Counted from the first letter of the stretch, positions 1 to 9,306 are shown. The stretch: DNA of 64,000 bases from an uncultured Acidobacteriaceae bacterium (GCA_963765025.1 CAVXVM010000106.1:49017-113016), one strand, 5' to 3'. Program-made: numbers and translations. Notes: generated by a model from the letters alone, not told the origin.

Positions 1-109
1 AGTTGGCCGGGCGCGAGGCCAACCTCAAGCAGTATCGCGCAGTCGACGGCAAATGGCAATTTGTACGGCTCTCTGGGACCGCGCACATTCGGGTCAGGAA
101 GCAACCTGC

Positions 110-1372
110 TCAGGTGGCAGCTTCCTGATCCATGTCTGCTCCCATGGCGATTTGAAAGAAAGTGCGCCTTTTGAGCAAAAGGAAGTAAAGCGAGATGGCC
201 ACCAGCGCCAGTCCGGATCCCGACAGTGCTATGGAAACGCCGAACATGGGAATCAACTTGCCAAGGATCAACGCTCCCAGAGGCATGCCAGCACGAAAGG
301 CAAGATTATAGACACTCATCACTCTGCCCCGCATGGCGTCTGTGGTGAGCAGTTGTGCGAGCGAAAGCATGAAGGATGCGGAAGCCATAACCGCCACGCC
401 AGCGAAAAACATTAGGACGCATGACAGTGGGAGCCACCGCGACACGGCAAACCCCGCAATGAGCAGGCCCAAGGCGACGAGGATCAGAAGCGCGAGCCGC
501 GCTTGCCGCTTCAGCCTTTCCATTGTTGCCACAGCCAGTGCGCCGCAAATGGATCCAGCTCCTGAGCAGACCAGCAGAAGAGTGTAGGTTTCCGGGCCCT
601 TGTGGAAGACACTGCGAACAAAAACGGGCAAGAAAGCACTCAAGGAAAAACCAAATAAAGTTGTCGAAAATGCCAGAACGACCAGGGCGCTCATTCCGTC
701 ACGATGCCGAATGAACCGGATGCCCTCTTTCATGCTGAAGAGAACGGATTCTGTGGATTTGGATGGAACGAACTTAACATGAATTGCGAACAGCGAGACA
801 ATCACGGCAACATAGGACAGTCCGTTAAGTCCGAAACACCAGGCTGCTCCGAGGGCGGTGTACGCGAGCCCACCGATAACCGGTCCCAGGATCCGCGCGA
901 GATTGAACTGAATTGAATTCATCGCGATCGCATTCGAAATATCCTCCGGTCCAACCAGGGCCGGCAACAGCGCGGAATAGGCGGGTCCGCCAAACGACTG
1001 ACCGACTCCCACAATGAAAGATAGCGTGAGGATTTGCCACACGTGCACAACGTGAAACACGAAGAGGAACATTAGCAAAAAGGCGCACGTCATCTGTATA
1101 TATTGCGAAGCCAACAACATCTTCCTGCGGTCCATCCTGTCGGCAAAGACTCCGCCAAAAAGAGAGAACATCATAATTGGCAATTGGCCAAGGAAGATAT
1201 CCAGACCCAGGTAGAACGGGTTTTTTGTGAGGTCGTAGACCAACCAACTCTGTGCAAACTGCTGCACAAACGTGCCGATCGTGGACACGCACGCGCCCAT
1301 CCACATCAAGCGAAAATCGCGATAGCGGAAGGCTCTGAAGGTGCGTGCGAGAAAAGCAGGACTTTGGGACAT
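110..1372 (-). CDS. MFS transporter (MFS_3 / EntS-like exporter type)
   Basis: 420-aa ORF with about 12 hydrophobic segments. The N-terminus FRAFRYRDFRLMWMGACVSTIGTFVQQFAQSWLVYDLT and the loop FGGVFADRMDRRKML are typical of this MFS subfamily. Confidence 0.8.
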   Translation of the reverse strand: MSQSPAFLARTFRAFRYRDFRLMWMGACVSTIGTFVQQFAQSWLVYDLTKNPFYLGLDIFLGQLPIMMFSLFGGVFADRMDRRKMLLASQYIQMTCAFLLMFLFVFHVVHVWQILTLSFIVGVGQSFGGPAYSALLPALVGPEDISNAIAMNSIQFNLARILGPVIGGLAYTALGAAWCFGLNGLSYVAVIVSLFAIHVKFVPSKSTESVLFSMKEGIRFIRHRDGMSALVVLAFSTTLFGFSLSAFLPVFVRSVFHKGPETYTLLLVCSGAGSICGALAVATMERLKRQARLALLILVALGLLIAGFAVSRWLPLSCVLMFFAGVAVMASASFMLSLAQLLTTDAMRGRVMSVYNLAFRAGMPLGALILGKLIPMFGVSIALSGSGLALVAISLYFLLLKRRTFFQIAMGADMDQEAAT

Positions 1373-1497
1373 CGAGGGGAAAGAACACTCCTCATTCGCT
1401 TCTTCAACTGGAATCTACACGAATGCTTCTCATTTCGATGATCTGCTGAAAAGAAAGTCGCACAAATATCCGGTTAGTTTCGAGCGCAGGCCGTCTC

Positions 1498-3355
1498 TTA
1501 GTCCGCCTTTCCATAGGCATGGTCCTTGTAGACCTTCTGCATGAAGTCAAAGGCCAGCTTCTTCTTTCCATCTTCCGAGATCAATCCCTTGCGGTTGTAT
1601 CCGTCCTGAAGCACGGGAATGTTACGCGTGGGCGAGCGAAAATCCATGAGCACCCATGGAGCGAAGCCGCGAACCTGCGGGATGTTTGAAAGCATGGCGA
1701 AGTTGTGGCGATAAAAGTCTAGCTGATACTCCTCGGTCCAACGCTGATCTTTGGGGCCGTGATTGCCCGCCTTGGCTTCGGCGCCAAATTCGCTGATGAT
1801 GATGGGCTTTTCGGGCAGAACGAATTTGACCTTCTCCGCCTCGTCTGGCGTGTAGCTGTACCAGCCGACGTACTCGTTGAGGCCGACTACATCGAGCGAC
1901 TGCGCCAGCGGATCGGTAAGGATTTTTGTATCCCCGGGATTGTTGGGCTGCAGGAACGCGGCCGTCACCAGGCGCGTGGAGTCGAGCTTGTGGGCTTCAG
2001 CTGCGAGGTTCGAGAGAAACTCGGTGCGGGTGGGATTGTCAGGCGTTTCATTCGCCACCGACCACAGAATCACCGACGCCTTGTCGCGGTCGCGCCGAAT
2101 CATCTCCTGCAGCATGCCAACCGCCTTGGCGTAAACGCTGGGCTTGTCAAACGAGATGTGCTGCCAGTTGGGTATCTCCGACCAGACCAGGATGCCTTTG
2201 CGATCGGCCATGCGCTCCATGCGCTCATCGTGTGGGTAGTGGGGGAGTCTTACGAGGTTTGCGTTTAGATCTTTTAGGAAGGCGAAGATGGTCTCTACGT
2301 CTTTGTCGGAGTCTACTCGGCCGGTGCGATAGGGGGCCTCCGCATGGGCATTTACGCCGTAGAGGAAGATTGGCTTGCCGTTGAGGAGAATCTTTGTTCC
2401 GTCTACTCGGATATCGCGGAAACCTATGTCATCGGCGAGGGAGTCTGCGCCGGCTTGGATTTTGACTTTGTAGAGTTTGGGATTTTCGGGGGACCAGAGG
2501 CTTAGGTTTTTCGCGGGAAGATCGAATTCTGCTCGGCCTGTGGCGTCGGTCTGGATGGAGGCCTCGACACCGGCCTCGGGAATGCTGAATTTTACGGGCA
2601 GGTGGTTGTCCGTCGACTACGTGTACGTAGCCTGCAAGGCGATCGGTGGTTCCCGGTTTGAGGTGAACGTCAAAGTCATCGACAAATGCGTTGGGCACAT
2701 CTACTAGCGAAACGTCGCGGGTAAGACCGCCATAGTTGAACCAGTCGGTGATGATGCTGGGAATGCCGTCGACCAGGCGGGTGGAATCAACGGCAATGAC
2801 GACGAAGTTGTTGCCGGGATGAAGAACGGAAGTGACTTCGCAGTCGAACGGCGTAAAGCCGCCTTCGTGATCGCAGATTCGCTTCTGGTTTACCCATATA
2901 TAGGAGCGATAGTTGGCCGCGCCAATATGAAGAAAAGTGCGCGTATCCGGCTTGGGCTGCCAGGTGAAGTCACGCTGATACCAGAGAACGCCTTCGTAGC
3001 GAAACAAGGTTGGATCCTGCGTATTCCAGTCTCCGGGAACTTTGAGCGTGGGTGCTGTAGCGAAGTCGTATTCCTGCCCTTTGCGTTCGCCGACCAGCAC
3101 GGGGTGCTCATTCATTCCGTACCCGCCGTCGTGCACCGCTCCGTCGGCGGTGTAGAGGCTCCTTCCGGTCATGTCGACGAGGTAGTGCCAGTCCCCATCG
3201 AGGCTGGTGGCGGGGCGATGATCGACATCGACGAGCAACGTCTTCAACGGCTGCTGCGCGAGGGTTGAGCCGGTAGAGAAGGAGGCGGCGATGATGAGAG
3301 AGGCGAGAAGATGCAGGCGGCGTGAGGCGGGAAATGTCATTGATCGGGGCTCCAT
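1498..3355 (-). pseudogene. Glycoside hydrolase family 2 (beta-glucuronidase/beta-galactosidase type), single frameshift near 2612-2622
   Basis: ORF 2429..3355 has a signal peptide and a GH2 sugar-binding domain (VLWYQRDF, RSYIWVN), then turns into Arg/Pro-rich nonsense after ...GYVHVVDGQ. The frame of ORF 1498..2220, read upstream of its first Met, continues as NHLPVKF...LWSPENPKLYKV...GFRDIRVDGTKILLNGKPIFLYGVN...LPHYPHDERMERMADRKGILVWSEIP...WSVANE. A TAG in that frame lies just 5' of the junction, so a 1-nt indel separates the halves. Confidence 0.8.
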
Positions 3356-3416
3356 ATTGAATCTTCGGCGCGGGGGCGAAGAGGGCGTTACGGCAGGGCA
3401 ATTATAACGGGAAGGC

Positions 3417-3633
3417 AGCTCCTGGCTTCTAGCTCCTAGCTTCTAGCTTCTAGCTTCTAGCTTCTAGCTTCCAGCTTCTAGCTTCTAGCTTCTAGCTTCT
3501 AGCTTCTAGCTCCTAGCTTCTAGCTCCTAGCTTCTAGCTTCTAGCTTCTAGCTTCTAGCTTCTAGCTTCTAGCTTCTAGCTTCTAGCTCCTAGCTTCCAG
3601 CTTCTAGCTTCTAGCTTCTAGCTCTTGGCTGGC
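3417..3633. repeat. Heptanucleotide tandem repeat (AGCTYCT)n, about 31 units
   Basis: Direct reading: agctcct ggcttct agctcct agcttct ... in constant 7-nt phase from 3417 to 3633. Flanked by AAGGCAGCT on the left and AGCTCTTGGCTGG on the right. Confidence 0.95.
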
Positions 3634-4035
3634 TATTGCGGCGTTTTACCGCGAATCCCCGGGGTGCGGTCGCGCGAAGGGTGGCGATCAAACGGTCGGA
3701 TTGCAAGCGCGGAGGTGGGCGGATGCGGCGAATTCGTGGCCGTGTATTTTGGTGCGAAAAATGCGCTTCACAGAAACTGTGCACCTGCTCGATGCGCGCG
3801 TTTTTGGCGTATTCGCAATGATGCAGGGGTGCGAATTGACCAAATTTTCGAGTGTGTGGGGAAAAGCCATGATCGCGGCGGTGAGAAATCCCGCGAACGG
3901 AGCCGTGCGCGCGGGCATAACGGGCTAAAATCTTCGAATTTTGGGTGTTTTTTGCTGCAATTTGCAGAGAATTAGCAACGATTTGGCTACGCTGAAGTTG
4001 CAGGTAGAACGTACGCGGGGCGGAGGCAACAAGGC

Positions 4036-4419
4036 ATGAGGACGAGGGAAGCAGCACAGATGCGGGCGAAAAAAGCGGCGAGGTTGCGGCTGGACGAGGA
4101 GATGCGGCCGTTCCGGCAGGCGGGAAAGACGAAGAATCCGACGGGCGCGCTGTTGCGGTCGGCGCGAAAGATGCTTGAGATTCCGGCGACGGAGATTGCG
4201 AAGAAGCTTGGCGTGAACCGCAACGTGGTTTTCGATCTGGAGGAGCGGGAGCGGAAGGGGACGGCGATGATGCAATCGCTGGCGCGGCTGGCGGAGGCGA
4301 TGGATTGCATGGTGGTGTACGGGGTTGTGCCGCGGCGCGGGAGGACGTTTGAGCGGGCTTATGAGGAGCGGATGTGGGGGAAGATTTTGGGGGAGGAAAA
4401 GGCAGCTTCTAGCTGCTAG
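4036..4419 (+). CDS. Small XRE-type helix-turn-helix DNA-binding protein
   Basis: 127-aa ORF. The segment LLRSARKMLEIPATEIAKKLGVNRNVVFDLEERERKGTAMMQSLARLAEAMDC fits the HTH_3 pattern. The last five codons and the stop (AASSC*) lie inside the second AGCTNCT array. Confidence 0.55.
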   Translation: MRTREAAQMRAKKAARLRLDEEMRPFRQAGKTKNPTGALLRSARKMLEIPATEIAKKLGVNRNVVFDLEERERKGTAMMQSLARLAEAMDCMVVYGVVPRRGRTFERAYEERMWGKILGEEKAASSC

Positions 4420-4479
4420 CTTCTAGCTGCTGGCTGCTAGCTGCCGCTTCTGGCTTCTAGCTCTCAGCTGTCAGCTCTT
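4404..4479. repeat. Degenerate heptanucleotide tandem repeat (AGCTNCT)n, about 11 units
   Basis: agcttct agctgct agcttct agctgct ggctgct agctgcc ... agctctc agctgtc agctctt. It has the same left flank (AAGGCAGCT) and right flank (AGCTCTTGCCTGG) as the 3417-3633 array. Confidence 0.85.
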
Positions 4480-4776
4480 GCCTGGGGAGTAGGCGGGCCG
4501 GTGGTTGCTTGGAAGTTTGCACCAAGGTGGTTGGCGGATGGGTGGTGATCCGATCGGGACAGCGCCAACCCGTCCGAAGCTCCTTCACACAAGGCGACAT
4601 TTGAAGACTTATCCGTCTTCAATGGGTGTATTGGCGCTTTAGCGCGAAACGAATCGATGCCCCGAGTATACTCTGAGGACGATTTGATCCAATTGATCCG
4701 TCAGTTTCAAAGGTGTCTACAACCGTCAGACCTGAGCTGGGCCGGTGGATTAGCCTTTTAGAGCATTTCCTGCGCG

Positions 4777-5760
4777 ATGTGGTTTGGTCTCCTTGACCTT
4801 ATCCAAGAAATCTCTACACTTGACGTAATGAAAATCATGGCTGAAGAGCGATCTGGTCCTGAATCTTCGAGAAAAGCGATTGTGGTTCAGGGAGACGCCT
4901 TCGACCTTCTTGCGCAGGTTCCGGGCGACTCGATTGACCTGATCATCACCAGTCCGCCGTATTGGGGTCACCGGGAATACGGCTTGGGACACAATTGGGA
5001 ACTCTTCAATGAAATACCGAAAGTCCGGAAAATCGGCAATGCAACTCCTGGCTACGATTGGTATCGCCAAAATGGGGGAGTTCTAGGGCTCGAGCCATAC
5101 CCTGAGTGGTACATCTCGCACCTCGCAGAAATCCTCGATAAGGCGGAAAGTTGCCTGAAGAGCACAGGAAGCATGTGGATCAACCTCGGCGACACGTTCT
5201 TCGCACGATGGAGTAGCGTTAGGGACGGCGGAAGGCAAGGACTTGGCAAAACGGCAAGATACAGACGGAAGACCCCACTCGGAGACTTCAGACAGGAGAA
5301 GCAGCTTCTCCTCATACCAGCTCGGTTTGCCATCGAGATGCAGGATCGCGGTTGGATCCTGCGGAATGACCTGATCTGGTATAAGCCAAACGCTACCCCA
5401 CGGCCTGAAGGTGACCGCCTTAAGCTGTCGCATGAGCACTTCTTCCACTTTGTGAAGAAGCCGAAGCTTGGCCGCCCGACATATTTCTACGACGTATCCT
5501 ACGCGGAGGAGCGTCACAATGACGTAATTTCGGTCAATTCGGCCCCTGGGGAGAACGGCCATTCGGCAACATTTCCCCGGGACCTAATCCGGCCCCGGAT
5601 ACTAAGTTCCTCTCCTCCTGGCGGCCTCGTGCTTGACCCGTTCTCAGGAACCGGGCGCGCCGTGGAAATCGCCGTTGAACTCGGACGGCATGCCATCGGC
5701 ATTGACCTCCAAAAGAAATATACAGACGAGAGCCGAGGCAGATTGAATGCCATCGCATAG
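4777..5760 (+). CDS. Type II DNA methyltransferase, beta-class amino-MTase (N4-cytosine or N6-adenine)
   Basis: Motif IV DLIITSPPYW is near the N-terminus and motif I VLDPFSGTGRAV near the C-terminus, which is the beta-class order. SPPY favours N4-cytosine. The gene overlaps the downstream endonuclease gene by 14 nt. The start may be Met18 (4828) or Met21 (4837). Confidence 0.85.
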   Translation: MWFGLLDLIQEISTLDVMKIMAEERSGPESSRKAIVVQGDAFDLLAQVPGDSIDLIITSPPYWGHREYGLGHNWELFNEIPKVRKIGNATPGYDWYRQNGGVLGLEPYPEWYISHLAEILDKAESCLKSTGSMWINLGDTFFARWSSVRDGGRQGLGKTARYRRKTPLGDFRQEKQLLLIPARFAIEMQDRGWILRNDLIWYKPNATPRPEGDRLKLSHEHFFHFVKKPKLGRPTYFYDVSYAEERHNDVISVNSAPGENGHSATFPRDLIRPRILSSSPPGGLVLDPFSGTGRAVEIAVELGRHAIGIDLQKKYTDESRGRLNAIA

Positions 5761-6889
5761 ACAATCCCGAAAGCCTGCGGAACCCAGGGGTTTGACTCCC
5801 GGCAACTACATCAGCGAATGGTTTGGCCATCGCATTTTCCCAGAAGTTCGCATGGATGTGCGCGAATTCACCGGGGATGGCTTCGGTAACTGCCCATTTC
5901 TCTCAGAAGCACTCCGGCAAGCGAACCGATGCATCAAGAACGAGAACTCCCTCGGGGTCTGCACCATTAACACATCGAGCAACGGGAGTTCCCAAGACTG
6001 GCTTGCCTGCCCATACCGGGTCATTTCAAGCGATCTGGTGAAAGTCGCCTGTGCTCGCATCTTCGGAAATGCCGGCGAGGAAGTTTCTCAACCCATCCCT
6101 GCGACGCTCTTGAGCATCGCATCCGAACGGGACAAATTCAAAGCGGAGGTCTCAGATAAGGGCGTCGGCTTTATATTCTTCCAGGCAAAACTTGGAGGAG
6201 AAATCTCGGTGATTTCTTCGCCAATATCTCCCGAGATTTCTTTCGACGTCACCTTGGCGGAGGTCCTGCCCGATGGCGAATTCTTCAAACTTGGTAGGTA
6301 TGGAATATTCGAAATTCAAACTATGGATTTTCATGGCTCCTACAGGGCCGCGGTCGGCAACCTCAAAGACGCTCTGAGATTACATAGAAGCGGTTTCCCA
6401 GAATCTCTCAAGGCCAATGTAGAATGGGCCGCGGAAGGGGTGGAAGGTCCCAACATTGCGAATGTGTTTAAGAGAACTTTCTATCAGATTCTCCTGAAAT
6501 TTCAACTGGCGGGCAAGGGCGCGGCCGCAGGGACTGTGTTGGCGATTCCACAGGCGGTCTGGGACAGTTGGCAGCCGTTCCTGGGTGCTCCCGAATTGGT
6601 CAGGATGGATGACAATACCTATCAGATTAAGCCGATCGACGGATTCTCGATCAATCAGGAGTCGACAAACTCCTACATCTGTGTCTTTGACCTGGACGCT
6701 GGGGCAGATGCACCAGTGAGCCCCCTGCAGGTAAAGGCGTTTATCCGGGTTCATGCCGAAGAATTGTCCCACCATGCATTCAAGGTGGTTCCGACCGGAA
6801 TGCTTAAGTCCCTAGCCGAGTCTGACTCAATCCTCGCAAGAATTAAAGAGCGTTTGGCCAGCTATTGGCCTGAAATAGCTCGAAGTTGA
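5747..6889 (+). CDS. NotI-family type II restriction endonuclease
   Basis: 380 aa. Blocks ISEWFGHRIFPEV, GNCPFL, RCIKNE, GVCTINT, DWLACPYRV (four Cys within about 40 aa), FFQAKLGGEISV, PEISFDVTLAEV, RYGIFEIQTMDFHGSYR and EGPNIANVFKRTFYQILLKF match my recollection of NotI, with its Cys4-Fe motif and a similar length (I recall about 383 aa). Not verified by search. Confidence 0.75.
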   Translation: MPSHRQSRKPAEPRGLTPGNYISEWFGHRIFPEVRMDVREFTGDGFGNCPFLSEALRQANRCIKNENSLGVCTINTSSNGSSQDWLACPYRVISSDLVKVACARIFGNAGEEVSQPIPATLLSIASERDKFKAEVSDKGVGFIFFQAKLGGEISVISSPISPEISFDVTLAEVLPDGEFFKLGRYGIFEIQTMDFHGSYRAAVGNLKDALRLHRSGFPESLKANVEWAAEGVEGPNIANVFKRTFYQILLKFQLAGKGAAAGTVLAIPQAVWDSWQPFLGAPELVRMDDNTYQIKPIDGFSINQESTNSYICVFDLDAGADAPVSPLQVKAFIRVHAEELSHHAFKVVPTGMLKSLAESDSILARIKERLASYWPEIARS

Positions 6890-7330
6890 GAAGGTTTTGT
6901 CGCAGCATGCAGGAACCCAGGCCCTTCCCCCTTTTTTAGACATCGCTATGACTTACCGACATCAGGCCAACGCGCTCATTGAAAGTGATTTACTCGAAAA
7001 AGAACTGATTAAAAATGACAAACGCCGCAGGGACCAGCAATTGGGTTGCGTCCGGTTTTTCGCCGGCTGCAGGTTATACGGAGCGCCTGGCATTTGCTGC
7101 ATGACTGAAGAGCCTGCGGAAAATGGCGCGTGCTGTGGTACGAAATTAGCGGGGGCTGAAGCCCGACGTTTATTTTGCGGTTTTTCGGCCCGGCGACCCA
7201 GAGGGTACCCCGGCCGTGCCCTTGTTACAAACCGCGGTGGGGAGTTCCTTCTCTCCTCTCGATAGCCCCGGTGCCTCCGCCGCGGCGGACGGGGGACCGG
7301 GGGCACCCGCCGTTGGTTCAGTTTGGAATA

Positions 7331-7890
7331 ACAAGTCGTTGCCGGTGCAATCGAAGAGCAACCGCAGGTCCTTCGGCTCACCACCCCCAAACTGAAGAGC
7401 GTTTGGGGCCCCTTTCGCTCAGGATGACAGGTCGTTTATGAGAGTTGGCAGGAGGGCACGGGGCGTTGGATTCGGTGCTGTTGAAAAGCAACCGCAGGTC
7501 CCCATTCGACTACGCTCAGGGCAGGCTTTCGGCTTCGCTCAGGATGACAGGTCGTTGCCGGTGCAATCGAAGGGCAACCGCAGGTCCTTCGGCTCACCAC
7601 CCCCAAACTGAAGAGCGTTTGGGGCCCCTTTCGCTCAGGATGACAGGTCGTTTATGAGAGTTGGTAGGAGGGCACGGGGCGTTGGATTCGGTGCTGTTGA
7701 AAAGCAACCGCAGGTCCTTCGGCTCACCACCCCCAAACTGAAGAGCGTTTGGGGCCCCTTTCGCTCAGGATGACAGGTCGTTTATGAGAGTTGGCAGGAG
7801 GGCACGGGGCGTTGGATTCGGTGCTGTTGAAAAGCAACCGCAGGTCCTTCGGCTGCGGCCGCTGCGGCGGCCTTCGCTCAGGATGACAAG
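7331..7890. repeat. Array of five modular REP-like elements (conserved arms, variable hairpin core)
   Basis: The left arm GCAACCGCAGGTCC occurs at 7358, 7488, 7574, 7704 and 7834. The right arm TTCGCTCAGGATGACA follows each. Cores: CCCCAAAC-TGAAGAGC-GTTTGGGG (units 1, 3, 4), a CGCTCAGGGCAGGC variant (unit 2), and GGCCGC-TGCG-GCGGCC (unit 5). Two linker types alternate: 23 nt (GTCGTTGCCGGTGCAATCGAAG) and about 65 nt (GTCGTTTATGAGAGTTGG...GCTGTTGAAAA). Confidence 0.9.
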
Positions 7891-8268
7891 TCACTTGTGA
7901 GAATGGACTGGGGTTTGCAGAATAATTGGGTGGTTTTGGGTAGGCTTGATTTAGATAGACGATTTGGCGAGTGGTGGGAGGCAGGAGAAAGCCTTCGTTG
8001 CAATAAATTGGATGGGCCATCTCCGCGGCGCGGGTGCGTGCAAAGGAGACGAAATATTATCGGCAATTCTCAATCATTATTCGTAGCATTTCTGACGATT
8101 CGTTTTCGGGGGGCGGTTCCCTTGAGAGCGAAGCCAGAGTTGGAATACCGCTTTGAGTCCAATGCGGGGTCGGCGCTTCCTGTGGGTCGCGTCGACTTGA
8201 GTGCGGAGGCTCGGAGACACGGTGACTCTGGTTTCGCTTGAGGGGACTGCCTGTGCGGGCGCGGCGGC

Positions 8269-8796
8269 TTGCGGAGCGTGGCCGGAAATGGTGGAGAGAT
8301 GGTCATATTGAACGGGAAGGCGCTCGTAAATGAAGCGGGCGCGCAGGAGCCGACGGCCAAGAGCGGGAAGAGCCGATCGGCAGTGAAGGCAAAAGGGGAG
8401 AAAGGAGCGAGGATGGGTGCGAAGGCCGGTGGGAAGGAGCGGCCGAGCCGCGCAGAGAAGAACGGCGCGGATTCGCTGAAGAAGGCCGCGGACCGGGAAC
8501 TGGTGAAGATCACGAAAAAGGTGGTCGGTCAATTAAGGGAGAAGGCTCTGCGTGGAGACCTTGCAACCGTGAAGACGATGGTTTCGTATTCAGAACAGGT
8601 GAAACTAGCGGAGAAGCCGAAGGGGAGCGAGCGCACGTTGGCCTTTATCGAGCAGCTTGCGTTGGAGCCGCAGTGGGAAGGGCCGGCGGAGGGAGAGGAA
8701 AACATGTGGAGGGATAGCACAGATCGGTTCACGGAGCACTACAGTGGGCGGGGGGCGAGAGACAGGGAACAGTGGTCAGTGGTCAGTGGACAGTAG
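8269..8796 (+). CDS. Hypothetical protein (Lys-rich N-terminus, helical C-terminal half)
   Basis: 175-aa ORF with no motif I recognise. The C-terminal half (LKKAADRELVKITKKVVGQLREKALRGDLATVKTMVSYSEQVKL...) looks protein-like. The last codons (EQWSVVSGQ*) lie in the CAGTRGT array. Confidence 0.4.
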   Translation: MRSVAGNGGEMVILNGKALVNEAGAQEPTAKSGKSRSAVKAKGEKGARMGAKAGGKERPSRAEKNGADSLKKAADRELVKITKKVVGQLREKALRGDLATVKTMVSYSEQVKLAEKPKGSERTLAFIEQLALEPQWEGPAEGEENMWRDSTDRFTEHYSGRGARDREQWSVVSGQ

Positions 8797-8874
8797 TCAG
8801 TAGTCAGTAGTCAGTGGTCAGTGGTCAGTGGTCAGTGGTCAGTAGTCAGTGGACAGTAGTCAGTGGACAGTGGA
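8770..8874. repeat. Heptanucleotide tandem repeat (CAGTRGW)n, 15 units
   Basis: cagtggt cagtggt cagtgga cagtagt cagtagt cagtagt cagtggt x4 cagtagt cagtgga cagtagt cagtgga cagtgga, in constant 7-nt phase. Confidence 0.95.
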
Positions 8875-9306
8875 ATTTTGTGGATGGATTGGCCCAGCGA
8901 CTTGTACTGTCGCTGGGCTTTTTTTGCGTTTGTGGGGGTGGTTGCGTGGCGAGCAGCGGGCTTGCTTTCGATCTTCAGACCAGATGTTCAAGTTCCCTTC
9001 AGCGGTCATCTCCGCTAACTCCATCGATAGCAACAGTTAAGAAACTCCAATGCGTCTGGGGATCGGGTCGGGGCGTTGGTTAAGTTGAGTGGTTTGCATC
9101 ACATCCGGGTCACGGATTGGGGGGATAGAATTCCAGCGATGGAGGGGTTTTTGCGGGCGCAGGAGACGGCTGAGGGGCTGGAAGCCTTCGTGAATTCGGC
9201 CGGGGCTGGCCGCTGGACTAGACAACAACCCTGAGAGCGCATAGGGACGCGGGCTTGGGCAATGGATGGATTGATTCGGTTCAAACGGACGAACCGTGGA
9301 GCGGGA

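Noticed and set aside
1-128. Partial ORF at the left edge (...KQYRAVDGKWQFVRLSG...)
   Set aside because: It is too short and has no recognisable family, so it cannot be supported.
4036-4419. The HTH protein as the controller (C) protein of the NotI-like R-M system
   Set aside because: It lies about 360 bp upstream of the methyltransferase gene and is separated from it by a microsatellite array. No C-box-like operator was recognised. The association is unproven.
6897-7265. 122-aa ORF directly downstream of the endonuclease (possible Vsr or a third R-M component)
   Set aside because: It has a TTG start and no recognisable motif, and its second half runs into GC-rich repeat-flanking sequence. 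It is probably non-coding.
7331-7890. Possible CRISPR array (regularly spaced repeats of about 130 bp period)
   Set aside because: The 'spacers' are themselves repeated (three identical hairpin cores). The repeats are far longer than CRISPR repeats and come in two linker types. There are no cas genes nearby, and the same element occurs at 13864. This is a REP/MITE-like array.
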